A program made the translations under genes and the position numbers. Shown here one piece after another: positions 40,868 through 54,289 of a stretch of 64,000 nt of DNA (the first letter of the stretch is position 1; every line of letters starts with the position of its first letter). Below the pieces are notes generated by a model. The model did no database searches and had not been told where the DNA came from. It saw nothing but the letters and a program-made list of their open reading frames with translations. The stretch comes from Eledone cirrhosa (lineage: Eukaryota): contig OZ024758.1 of the NCBI GenBank assembly GCA_964016885.1, positions 30,070,001 to 30,134,000 of the forward strand, given 5' to 3'.

Positions 40868-41220
40868 TAATTGTTTCTACTTTAGGCACAAGGCCAGCAA
40901 TTACCCAGTGCATTACTAGTACTTTCTTTTATCGACCCCGTAAGGATGAAAGGCAAAGTTAACCTCAGCGGGATTTGAACTCAGACCGTAAAGGGACGTA
41001 ACTATGCTGGAAAGCATGGCGTCCGACCCTCTACCGATACTGCCAATCCAGACAGTAATATATATATATATGTGTGTGTGCGTTAGTGTGTATGAGTGGC
41101 GTGCGTATGTTTGTTTATATGCATGAGTGTGTGTGTGTGTGTGGTATGTATGGCTGTCATTAAGTGAGAAGGAAACTCCTTAAAACCTGCGGTTGTAGCA
41201 ACTCCGTCATCTTGCTTCGG

Positions 41221-42441
41221 CATATCACTGGACTCTAGTTGTGGACACTCAAAGAGTTGTACTGGTGCTGTACAAGTGTTTACCACCACCACCACCACCA
41301 CCATATCACTGGACTCTAGTTGTGGACACTCAAAGAGTTGTACTGGTGTTGTACAAGTGTTTACCACCACCACCACCACCATGTCACTGGACTCTAGTTG
41401 TGGACACTCAAAGAGTTGTACTGGTGTTGTACAAGTGTTTACCACCACCACCACCACCACCATATCACTGGACTCTAGTTGTGGACACTCAAAGAGTTGT
41501 ACTGGTGCTGTACAAGTGTTTACCACCACCACCACCACCACCATATCACTGGACTCTAGTTGTGGACACTCAAAGAGTTGTACTGGTGTTGTACAAGTGT
41601 TTACCACCACCACCACCACCATGTCACTGGACTCTAGTTGTGGACACTCAAAGAGTTGTACTGGTGTTGTACAAGTGTTTACCACCACCACCACCACCAC
41701 CATATCACTGGACTCTAGTTGTGGACACTCAAAGAGTTGTACTGGTGCTGTACAAGTGTTTACCACCACCACCACCACCACCATATCACTGGACTCTAGT
41801 TGTGGACACTCAAAGAGTTGTACTGGTGTTGTACAAGTGTTTACCACCACCACCACCACCATGTCACTGGACTCTAGTTGTGGACACTCAAAGAGTTGTA
41901 CTGGTGTTGTACAAGTGTTTACCACCACCACCACCACCACCATATCACTGGACTCTAGTTGTGGACACTCAAAGAGTTGTACTGGTGCTGTACAAGTGTT
42001 TACCACCACCACCACCACCACCATATCACTGGACTCTAGTTGTGGACACTCAAAGAGTTGTACTGGTGTTGTACAAGTGTTTACCACCACCACCACCACC
42101 ATGTCACTGGACTCTAGTTGTGGACACTCAAAGAGTTGTACTGGTGTTGTACAAGTGTTTACCACCACCACCACCACCACCATATCACTGGACTCTAGTT
42201 GTGGACACTCAGAGAGTTGTACTGGTGTTGTACAAGTGTTTACCACCACCACCACCACCATGTCACTGGACTCTAGTTGTGGACACTCAAAGAGTTGTAC
42301 TGGTGTTGTACAAGTGTTTACCACCACCACCACCATATCACTGGACTCTAGTTGTGGACACTCAAAGAGTTGTACTGGTGTTGTACAAGTGTTTACCACC
42401 ACCACCACCACCATGTCACTGGACTCTAGTTGTGGACACTC
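41221..42441. repeat. 75/78/81-bp minisatellite with a 240-bp higher-order period and internal (ACC)n
   Basis: Identical blocks start at 41221, 41461, 41701 and 41941; about 15 monomers. Confidence 0.95.
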
Positions 42442-42574
42442 AGAGAGAGAGAGGTACTCAATGTTGTACAGGTGTTTATCTCTATAATATACTGATGTAC
42501 AGATGTCTCTTACATCTTTCTCCGTCTATCCTATTTCTAAAATACTGCGGTGATAGACGAATGGTAACATGTGC

Positions 42575-43495
42575 AGACCTGACCAGCTGGAAGTTTATAG
42601 TCACAAGTCTCTGAGACATGGCCGTTATGTAACACTCTTATCTGTTTATGCACCAACCCTAGAGGCCAGTGATGTGGTCCTTGATTATTTCTATGAGTTT
42701 CTTCGTGCTGTCATGGCATACATACCTGCTAACGATAAACCATTACTTCTCAGTGATTTTAATGCTCGTGTGGGTAGTGATTACGTGACGTAGGGTGCCC
42801 TCGGTCCATTTGGTATTGGCAAAATGAACACCAGCGGCCTGAGGTTGCTTGAACTCTGCTCAGAACTCAACTTAACCATCTGCAACACTCTTTTCCACCA
42901 GAAGCTCAAAATCCAAGCATGGACACATGATTGGTTTCATCATCACTCGTAACCGAGATCTAAGTGATTTGTGTACAGTGCGTGTGTTGCGTAGTGCAGA
43001 ATGTGGCACTGACCCCAAATTAGTGCGAGGAAAGTTCAAGATGAGTATCCGCAAAGAATTCGTATGAGTGGAGTGAACGCACCGCATTGATGTCACTAAA
43101 CTGATGCAAGCAGATGTGCATGCAATCCTAACTGAAAAGTTTGATGGTCTTGATTTTGATGGCACCTGGGAAAACTTTAGAGATCAACTTTACTCAGTGG
43201 GAGCTGAGGGACATGGCTTCAGAACCAAGAAACACCAGGACTGGTTCGTTGACCACAATCCTAATATCAATCAGCTACTGAAAACCAAGCACACTCTCTA
43301 TGAAAAGCTCCTGAATCGGAATCCTGTAGCACAACCTGTAGCAATTCCTTGAGCAGTGTGTTCCTTTATATCAAGTCTTTGACACAGTTAACAGAGATGC
43401 ACTCTGGATAGTTCTTGGAAACGTGGGATGTCCACCCAAGTTTGTCCAGAGTATGCTAAAGCAGCTGCACAGAAATATGAAAGCTCGGGTTACCT
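42575..43495 (+). mobile_element. Decayed, internally deleted RTE-clade LINE (APE endonuclease plus an RT sliver)
   Basis: VTLLSVYAPT..FYE..LLSDFNARVGSD*..GKMNTSGLRLLELCSELNLTICNT..AECGTD..KKHQDWF..FDTVNRDALW..GCPPKFV. Confidence 0.8.
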
Positions 43496-43499
43496 CGTC

Positions 43500-43730
43500 A
43501 ATGAAATTGGGTGGGAAACTGTTTGGAAGCCGTCATAGAGACTGCACCTGTAAACCAAAGGGTCGGTCATGTCACACGGTGTCATACCGAACCTCCTCCA
43601 GAATTACCTTCAGAGTAGATGTGTCTGTGGAATGCTCAGCCACTTGCACGTTAATTCCACAAGCCGGCTGTTCCGTTGATCGGATCAACTGGAACGCTCG
43701 TCGTCGTAACCGACGGAGTGCTCCACTAGG
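43500..43730 (+). mobile_element. SINE 3' portion, probably Ceph-SINE-like (second copy at about 51320-51612)
   Basis: Shared tgtctgtggaatg.tcagccactt.cacgttaatt..ggctgttccgttgatcgga..ctggaac..accgacggag. The family name is from recall only. Confidence 0.55.
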
Positions 43731-43839
43731 TATGTGTGTACGCATGTGTATGTATGTATGTGTGTATGTATATGTACGTATGTGTATGTATGTATGTATA
43801 TATGTATGTATGTGTGTGTGTATGTATGTATGTATATAT

Positions 43840-44450
43840 GTCAAGTCACCAGTTGGTGCTACTGGTAACATGTATCCCAGTACAACCTGTCCCATGGTCG
43901 GGTCGTTGGCGACTAAACTGGCAACCCCACCAAGGTTTCTTGGTGAGGAGGGTGACTTTGGACATCCTGCAGGACTAAAAACAAAACCTGTCAAAGGGCA
44001 AAGGAGCTCGTAAGAGTCAATGGCCATCCAAAATCACCGGGTGAGATGACCCCTTAGCCTTTGTCAAGGCAGAATTCTAGGAGAAGGAAAACTCTGATAT
44101 AACACCTGCAACCCTGATGGTATCCAATGATGTTGACTTGTTCTTCTTTTTGGTAAATATCATCTTGGTTAAGAGAGTGGGACTGGCTTCGTGCAGTGCC
44201 TTTGCTCACTATAAAAGCTTCACGGCACAGGCATTGCTTTATATCTGGAGATCTCTCTGCACTTGTCGCCACATGGTACCATGGGCCCAGCACTATGTGT
44301 CAATAATTGTCACAAGTGTAGTGTTTGTACCAGAGTTTTCAAGTGGCTGGCTGGACTAAAAAGTCACACTCGTTCAGCGCATCGGTAGGGGTTCTCCTAC
44401 ATGGATATAAAGTAGTGGCCGTACTCGAAAACGAGTTGGCAGCCACCATG
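43840..44450 (+). mobile_element. ~610-bp non-coding retro-like element ending in an (ATGT)n-like tail; 5'-truncated near-identical copies at 38550-38845 and 59587-60023, older copies at 38860-39135 and 39170-39490
   Basis: Copies share the 3' end gagttggcagccaccatg and differ at their 5' ends. The segment aggagaaggaaaactctga resembles RTE 5' UTRs (recall). Confidence 0.7.
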
Positions 44451-44545
44451 TATATATGTATGTATGTGTATGTGTATGTATGTGTGTATGTAGAAGTGTA
44501 ATTGGGGTGTAACATACTCAACACATTTGTAAACGTGCATAATGC

Positions 44546-44584
<39 letters not shown>

Positions 44585-44639
44585 TACATATGTATATATA
44601 CATATATATATATACATATGTATATATACATATATATAC

Positions 44640-44678
<39 letters not shown>

Positions 44679-45200
44679 CACGTATATATACATATATATA
44701 TACATACACGTATATATACATATATATATATATATAAACATATATATATATATACATACACGTATATATGTATATACATACACGTATATATGTATATACA
44801 TACACGTATATATGTATATACATACACGTATATATGTATATACATACACGTATATATATATATATACACATATAGTAGTTATTCAGAAAAACTTCCGGAA
44901 ACGAGCTATCGGGTTACCCATTACAAACACACATACATAAACACGCACACACACACACACAAACACGCACACACACACACATAGATAAACACGCACACAC
45001 ACATAGATAAACACGCACACACACACACATAGATAAACACGCACACACACACACATAGATAAACACGCACACACACACACATAGATAAACACGCACACAC
45101 ACACACATACATAAACACGCATACACACACACACATACATAAACATGCATACACACACACACACATACATAAACACGCACACACACACACATAGATAAAC

Positions 45201-45232
<32 letters not shown>

Positions 45233-45284
45233 TTATAAATACAATGCATACTCATACAATATTCTTTTTACCCTTACAAAATAC

Positions 45285-45730
45285 ACACACACACCCACCC
45301 TCACCCCACTACCACTCATCCACACCCCACTACCACCTTTCACCCACCCTCACTCCACTACCACCTTTCACTCACTCACCCTCACCCCACTACCACCTTT
45401 CACTCACCCTCACCCCACTACCACCTTTCACTCACTCACCCTCACCCCACTACCACCTTACACTCACCCTCACCCCACTACCACCTTTCACTCACCCTCA
45501 CCCCACTACCACTCATCCACACCCCACTACCACCTTTCACCCGCCCTCACCACACTACTACCTTTCACCACACACCCTCACCCCACTACCATCTTTCACC
45601 CACCCTCACCTCACTACCACCCCCTCACCCCACTACCACCTTTCACCCACCCTCACCCCACTACCACCTTTCACCCACCCTCACCCCACTACCGGTACTT
45701 CACCCACCCTCACCCCACTACCGGTACTTC
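45285..45730. repeat. Degenerate C/A-rich minisatellite (CACCCTCACCCCACTACCACCTTTCAC-like)
   Basis: Direct reading. Confidence 0.85.
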
Positions 45731-48700
45731 AGTAATATGGTTGAGAGGGTTTTACGTATTAAATATTATTGTAGTAGGGCCTCCTCACATATGTAATAGA
45801 GGGAGAAAAGTTCGATCCATGCAATTAGTAGACAAAAACTTCCTCTAGATCCCTACCGTGTTTGTACCTAAGCCACACTTCACACTACTGGCATCCCCTT
45901 CCATACTAACACCCTCCCCATTATAACCCCATTACTAACAACAACCCCCATTCAAATATACCACCCCTCTCTTCATACTAACCATTCCGCATACAACCCT
46001 CTCCCCTCTTAAACACACAAACAGCCTAAAACCTGACAGTTTACCCTCCTCTCCCTTATAAAAACAACAAAAAACGCTGATTTGCAGAGGGTAGAGCTGG
46101 GAGTATGTCGTGGGTCCCACCCTACACCCTTCGTTTCTATCCACTTCCTACTCAAGATTTCCTTTCCCCTCTCTCAATCTCCCTCAGCCATCGCTTGTAG
46201 TACACCCTACATCTATATAGACCCCTTTAGTCACCTTACATACTACACCATAACCGCCACCATATCCTATCTTCCGCTACCACCATTTCACTTCCCTTCT
46301 TTTACCCTCGACTCTTCCTTCCCCTCACCTAATATATTTGTGTTGTTATTGTTGTTATTGTTGTTCATTCTCTCCTTCAACATTCTTCTTCTCTCTTTTC
46401 TTCCCTCGTCCGGCCGTCTGTAACTTCCTATATAACTTATAGCCTAGCCTTGTTTCTACTTTATTTGTAGTTTTAGTTGTAGTAGTAGAAGCCACGTGGA
46501 AAACGAAGCTTAAAAGTATAAACTTTATCGACAGGCTATTTTGACAGGCTGATATATATTTATATACACACATAATATACACACATCTATATCTCTCGTA
46601 TATATATTATATATACCAAGGTAAGTTCAGCACTTTTGTTCTATTGTTGGTTGACATCAAGCATCGCGTTCAAATTTATCAAATTCAACGATACAAATAT
46701 ATTTCTTTTGTCATTATTCCAGCTCCATTCGTCAATATTTTTAAATGTTACTTTAAAATATATTATTTTCATAATTCATTTTGACAATTGCGAAAGCGAT
46801 GCTTATTCTTGCTAGCAACCCCTTTTTTTCCTTGTTTGTTTCTGTTTGTATTTGTTTATTTTTACTCTGTAACTATTGTTTATTTTCGCTGCCATTGTTT
46901 TGGTGTTGTTATGATTGTTGTTATGTTTCTCTGGATTTAAAGTTTCAACTGAAATAGTTGAACTTTTAAACCCACTAAAATTATAGTTTGTTTTCTAATC
47001 TCATTTCTTTATTATATAAATTCTATCGGAACTCATTTTCTGTTTATTCGAAATAGTCGAAATAAGTAGTATTGGTAAGATGGATCGTTTGATTTAAAGA
47101 TACGGAAAAGTAAGAGAGAAGGGAATTATGTTTAAAAAATGCAATCCATGATTTTATCGTAAAAGTGAATGAGTTATTCATAATAAGAATCGAAACCGAC
47201 CGTCGTATATTGTGGACAAACTTCTGATGTTCATGATGTTCATGATTTCCTAAGAATATTAGAAGTGACATTGTTATAACAACGAATCGAACACAGACAC
47301 TGCATTCGTCTCTCTGGACCTTACCACCCGCCACTACGGTACACAGTTACCATTTCAACCGACTCTAACGCTGCATTGTTGAATCACAAAGCCAAAAACT
47401 GCAGGAAAGGGGAATCAGGCTGCGTGACGGTCATGCCTTTTTCAGGGAATCGAAACCTCAGCTGCCAGACGCCTACACCTCTTCTTGCTTTGGTCTGTTT
47501 GTTTGCAATAATAATTTATGAATACGCATAAAACGAATTGTTATTGTTTAACCTCCAGATCAGCCCTTATCAAACATACACACGATCAGAGACTCCCACT
47601 AGTTACTATATTATTTCTTTAGACGAAATGGGCCTACATACATTAGTCAATGCGTATTTAATTTTTTTAAGATGGTAGGGAATTTGGCTGCTATTTCTAG
47701 GGGGTGGAACGAACAGTTAGTTAGAAACTCTCTTGTTGACACACAAAGCTAATTTTAAGAGGAGTAAAATTACTGTAATAAAGACCACAGTATTTTACTG
47801 TTATAAATGTCATCAAAGCCGTTTATAAAAGGGCTTGACAAACGAGAAGTTAATTTAATCTCAGAGAATAACGGAAACATGAATATCAACAAGGGGATTA
47901 TTTAGTGAAAACATTGAAGTGCGTGTGTGTTTGTTGAGCAGGCGACTTTTGTGACAACTGACAAATGGGAGTGTTGACAATTATGTAGTATTCGATAGAT
48001 AGCCGCTAAGAAATTGTTGTTTAACACCGAGTCGGACCTGATCAATCACACCTATGATCAAAAACAACCCAACCACCCCTATCTCATCTTTCTAGATATT
48101 GTGTACCTTGGGCTATATTATCTAACATGTCCTTTGTTTCTTTATAAGTTTCGGCTGCTATTTCTAGCAAGTCAACCGACGACATAGAACCTCGTTCATT
48201 AACTGCTACGGTGGTGGTGGTGGTGTGTGTTAATGTGTAGCTGCGATTAACTTCCCACAAGTCAACAGATACGTGGGTCCGTTCGGTGGCGGTGGGGTCA
48301 ATGTGACACGATGTTTAACAGCAATCGGAGGGATGACACCCAAACATAAAAGATGAAGGGAATGTCAATCAGTTCGAAGTTGAATTCAAACCGTGAAACT
48401 TTCTACCTTACAGCATTTGTGTTCAGGACTTCCTGATAGTAAGTAGCACCCGTGATTGTAAAATGATGGGAAATAGCTACTACCTGGGGTGGAAACCGGG
48501 TCATATGACTCGGTACTAAGCAGTAGGGCATCTTCCCCTCCTTTGCTGTGGGAGTCCTGTAATAGAGCCGCTGTTGCTGTTTTAGCTTTGTTTGCTTTCG
48601 ATAGTGCGTGGAAGGTCAAACGCAGTTGAGATATACGCGCAAGCGCGTGCACATATAAACACACGCACTCATTCACAAACACACTCAGTTATTCATACAC

Positions 48701-48748
48701 ACGCGCGCACACACACACACACACTCTCTCTCTCTCTCTTTCTCTCTA

Positions 48749-48781
<33 letters not shown>

Positions 48782-49001
48782 GCACAAACGCGTGCAAATA
48801 TAAACACGCACTCATTCACAAACACACTCAGTTATTCACACGCGCGCGCGCGCACACACGCACACACACACACTCTCTCTCTCTCTCTTTCTCTCTATGT
48901 GTGTGTGTATATATATATATATATATGCACAAACGCGTGCAAATATAAACACACGCACTCATTCACAAACACATTAAGTTATTCACACGCGCGCAGACAC
49001 A

Positions 49002-49070
<69 letters not shown>

Positions 49071-49162
49071 GTATGTATATATATATATGTACACACACCT
49101 ATTGAATGTGTGTGTACATATATACGCACTCAATATATATGTACTCAATACATAGTAGAGTA

Positions 49163-49300
49163 TATAATGTTTAATATAGAAATGGCTTCTACAGGACTAG
49201 GACTGTTTCATTCGAAGGAAATCATCAGACTTTCCTGATGATTTCCTTCGAATGAAACAGTTCTAGTCCTGTAGAAGCCATTTCTATATTAAACATTATA
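49163..49300. mobile_element. 66-bp-arm fold-back element beginning exactly at an HHR core
   Basis: ...atcatcag ACTTTC ctgatgat...; each arm reads CTGATGA-tTTCcttcGAAt-GAAA-cag..tag-TC, with one mismatch between arms. Confidence 0.8.
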
Positions 49301-52300
49301 CACACACACACGCACACAGAGTATATTACCCACATTCTACACACTGTATACAGTGTGTATTATACATACTCCAGAATACTTCATGTATACACACCATCGA
49401 TTTATGTGTATATATTACCAAAACACTATATAGTTATAAAATTTCACGTTATGTGTGTGGCTTGGCTTCCCAGTAGTAGCTATTTCACTATAATACTTAT
49501 AGAAATAATTTTCTACTTTTGGCACAAGGCCAGCAATTATCCCAGTACATTACTGGTACTTGAAAGGCAAAGTTAACCTCGCCGGGATTTGAACTCAGAC
49601 CACAAAGGGCCGTAACTCTATGCTTATAGAAATAATATTTTTACCTAGACAGACGGTCACGAATTGCTGTTTAATCTCAGATCAGCAACGAACGATCAAA
49701 TCTATAATCAACGATATTCCAGCCGTGACCATTTCGTCTTTGTGTATATTATGAGACCAAATAGTCTAAATGTGGCTTTCTCTTTTTAATACGTTAAGCT
49801 GTGATTTAAGGGAGATTTGACTGCTATTTCTCGCAGATCGATACTCATTCTACTGTCAAAGCCATATTGGCAGAATATGAGAAACCGACAGAGAGACAAA
49901 TAAACCAGCTGCTTTATGATAATGGTTTGTCATTTAGGCACAAGGTCAACCATTTTTGGGGAGGGGAAAGTCGATTAATCGACTCCAGTACGTTACTGGT
50001 ACTTTACTTTATCGACCCCCGTAAGCAGTGCCGGATTTACCATTGTGCTTAGGTGTGCTTAAATACAGGGCCTCGATGGCTAGGGAAAGGCCCATTTTTC
50101 TGCCCACAAAATTATTTCCGCTGAATTACCTCCTTCAGGACCCAAGTAAAGGGCCTCATAACTTAACTAACACAGGGCATCATTTGTCCTAAATCCGTCA
50201 CTACTTGTAAGGATGAAAGACAGATCTAACCTCGGTGGGATTTGAGAACTCAGAACGCAAAGGGCCGTAACTCAATTCTGCAAAGCATGTTATCTGACGC
50301 TCTACTGACACTGCCAATCCACCGTGCTTTATAACAATATACAAATATGTATTGGAATTATTGTTGCTATTGTTAAGCGTCAATTCAATGTTGATCCAGA
50401 TTAGCTGAATCATCAAATGTGTTCCAGCCATGACCAACGAGTCTTTTATCCAGACTATATATCTTCAACTTCATTATCCAATGTATTCTCCAGTTTTTTT
50501 AAAACTAACATTTGATTTGAACGAGGATTGCCTTTCAACCGATTAAGTAATGGTTGTTTTTTTTGTTCATTCGTAAATATAGTCCTTGCCCCTAGGTATC
50601 AGAAATGTTACTCTTAAGATGCAGTATCGAAGCATTTCCACGGTATATTATTGGTACTAGCAGAAAATACACCCTCGGGTGGTTTTCTGCTAGCATGTGT
50701 AGTGTGCATATTGATATCATACCCAGGTATATATATCAAATAAAATCGTAATTGACAATATATAATACATAGAAATTGAATGAAGATTGTGTTACACTGT
50801 CTTATGTAATCAGTAACGTAATCCACGATACATTAAAAAAGACGATATTATATATAAACTGCATTAGGAGAAAATTAGTGACAGAAAATTAATATGTTTA
50901 TTTGAGCGATGGCCAACCGGAAGTGTTGACATTTCAGAAATTTTAAAGAAGTGAATCTTTAAATAAACAAAATATATTTAATCAACAGCCACGAAATTTA
51001 GTAGATAAATTATGTAATATTCATTCATTATTTATTCAAAGTAATCCAACTTATTTTACTAATGTGAAAAAAAATTATAAACCGTACGCAGTCCCGCGCT
51101 CCTTACTTTATTATAGTTTAGATTTATTTTATCGATGTTTGATGCACAAAAGGCAGATCCGACATGATCGAGAATCAATTGCAGAAGAATGTACAGAAAG
51201 ATGTCAGTTTAAGTATTGGTCTCAACGTAGCCATGGTGATTCGATTGATCTTAATATATGACTGATATTTGTTGTTTCCAGTATATAGCTGGCGTAGACC
51301 GAGGGGTTCCCTTCGCCAATCATTAAATCTGGGGTTCGATCCCACCTCGTGGCATCTTGAGTCATTTATTATAACCTTGTATTGACCCATTCCTTGTGAG
51401 TGAAATTGAGTAGACGGAAGTTGTTTGGAAGCCCGTTGGAGTGACTACCTATTCATACGGCCACACTGTACCCCACCGAATCTCCCTGAGAATTATGCTA
51501 AGCGTGCGCTTGTCTGTGGAATGTTTAGCCACTTACACGTTAATTTCATGAGTAGGCTGTTCCGTTGATCGGACTACTGGAACATTCATCATCGAGACCG
51601 ACGGAGGGCCATCGATATATCTGGCAAAATCGACTTAACGGTATTTGAATGCACTCCTTCCGGCGCTAAGTGGCTTTTGAGGCTTAAACCCCTCCAATAA
51701 TTTCTTTCAATATATATATATATATATATATATATGACAAAATAAGAACATTACAAGAAATCCCATATTTACGAACGTACACTATACCGTCCAACCCTGC
51801 GGTTTATTCCCCCACCCCTGCGTTATTCCAACCCCTCCTATTATTTGGGACCCGAGAGTAAGTGAAATAGAAGCAGAGAGCAGATTATCTCTAAAAGTAT
51901 CGTAGGCTTCCACTTGGACAGCCAGGAACTTGTCTTAGTCTTCTACTATAATTCCATTCATATCTAGAATGGATTATAGCAATATAAATCGATCTCAGTA
52001 TTTTAACTGGCACTTTATTTTAACAACCCCTGAAGGCTGAAAGGGAAAGTTGGTGGGGATTTCAATTCAGAACGTAAAGGGCCATAGGCATATTTTCTCT
52101 GCTAATTTAATTTAGAAAAATGAAAAAAAAGTTGCTAAACTAGAGTAAACATTGCAAACTTTATTTTTTTTTATCCTCTCAAGGCTTGGCACATTATAAA
52201 CAGATCAAGAGCATCATTGTCAACTGTCAGTTGATTACGTAGACATCACGTAACAACATTTTTCTGAAATTCAACTGGAAGATATTTTTTAAATAAACCC

Positions 52301-53407
52301 TTACAGTCAGTGCCAAAAAAATAATTGGCGAGGCCCTAAACTATATAAAGCTTGGCGAACTCCTTGTTGAAGAATATTGCACCAGAAGGTTTTGAATCTG
52401 AAAACGTAAAGGCCCTAAACAGTAGCTTCTTTAGCTTAGGCTTAAATCCAGCTCTGCTAAAAAACTCTAAAGCTTTACTTTAAACAGATTAAGACCTTTA
52501 AATGCCATAAGCACTGAAAATTATGGCACTCCATAGACTTGTATATACTCCCCTCTTTAATTGAGATCCAAAGAACGTGCTTATTTTGTTTAATGGTGAA
52601 TCCAAGACTGACTATAGTCGTTTCTAACTTATATGTCGCTGTTTGTAATGCTGAAAGGTTTACAAAGACCAAATCTTTTACTTTTGAAATATTTGATGAA
52701 ATATTTTATAAAATGTTCATAAATATTGTTTCTACTTTAGGCACAAGACCAGCAATTACCCAGTACATTACTGGTACTTTATTTTATCGACCCCCGTAAG
52801 GATGAAAGGCAAAGTTAACCTCGGCGGGATTTGAACTCAGACTGTAAAGGGACGTAACTATGCTAGAAAAGATGGCGTCCAACCCTCTACCGATACTGCC
52901 AATTCACCGCCCTAATGTTCATAAATATGTTACCCAATAAGCCAAATGTATACGAGTTACAGGTGAAGAATTGACAGAGTTGTTAGAACGTCGGATAGAA
53001 TTCTTTATGGTATTTGTTCTGTCTCTCAGCTCTCTGAGTTCAAATCCTGTGGAGGTTAACTTTGCCTTTCATTTTTCGAAGTTGATAAAAAAAAGTACCA
53101 GTCTAGTACTGGGGTCGATTCTTTCTCTATATCTCTTTTCACCCCACCCCACCCCCCTCTCCCTTTTTATCTTTCTCTGGAAGAAATCTGCTGTACTCAG
53201 GCCCTGAGGGAGATGGGTTCTGCCAGGCTTAAAATGTCCAATACGGTGGCATCCCTACAACTCCCCCAGGAGTTATGGGACCATACCATACATAAGAGTT
53301 ACAACAGAACATTTACCGTAAACAAAAAACTGAAGAATATTTTCCCAATGAAAGTATCAAATATTAAGTGTTTTCCAGTTTTTAAAAAAAAATCAAATAT
53401 TGAAAGA

Positions 53408-54289
53408 TATGAACCTAATACATGTTATATGTCCATGAATATAATACATGTTATATGTCCATGAATATAATACATGTTATATGTCCATGAACATAATACA
53501 TGTTATATGTCCTTGAACCTAATACATGTTATATGTCCATGAATATAATGTTATATGTCCTTGAACCTAATACATGTTATATGTCCATGAACCTAATACA
53601 TGTTATATGTCCATGAACCTAATACATGTTATATGTCCATGAATATAATACATGTTATATGTCCATGAACCTAATACATGTTATATGTCCATGAACATAA
53701 TACATGTTATATGTCCATGAACCTAATACATGTTATATGTCCATGAATATAATACATGTTATATGTCCATGAACATAATACATGTTATATGTCCATGAAC
53801 ATAATACATGTTATATGTCCTTGAACAGAATACATGTTATATTTCCATGAACATAATACATGTTATATGTCCATGAACCTAATACATGTTATATGTCCAT
53901 GAACCTAATACATGTTATATGTCCATGAACCTAATACATGTTATATGTCCATGAACCTAATACATGTTATATGTCCATGAACCTAATACATGTTATATGT
54001 CCATGAACATAATACATGTTATATGTCCATGAACCTAATACATGTTATATGTCCATGAACCTAATACATGTTATATGTCCATGAACCTAATACATGTTAT
54101 ATGTCCATGAACCTAATACATGTTATATGTCCATGAACCTAATACATGTTATATGTCCATGAACATAATACATGTTATATGTCCATGAACATAATACATG
54201 TTATATGTCCATGAACATAATGCATGTTATATGTCCATGAACCTAATGCATGTTATATGTCCATGAACATAATACATGTTAAATGTCCG
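53408..54289. repeat. 26-bp minisatellite (CCATGAACCTAATACATGTTATATGT), about 34 copies
   Basis: Direct repetition with CT/AT/TA variants. Confidence 0.95.

Noticed and set aside
44117-44359. 80-aa ORF conserved in three places
   Set aside because: Conservation simply reflects near-identical repeat copies; older copies do not keep the frame and no domain is recognisable.
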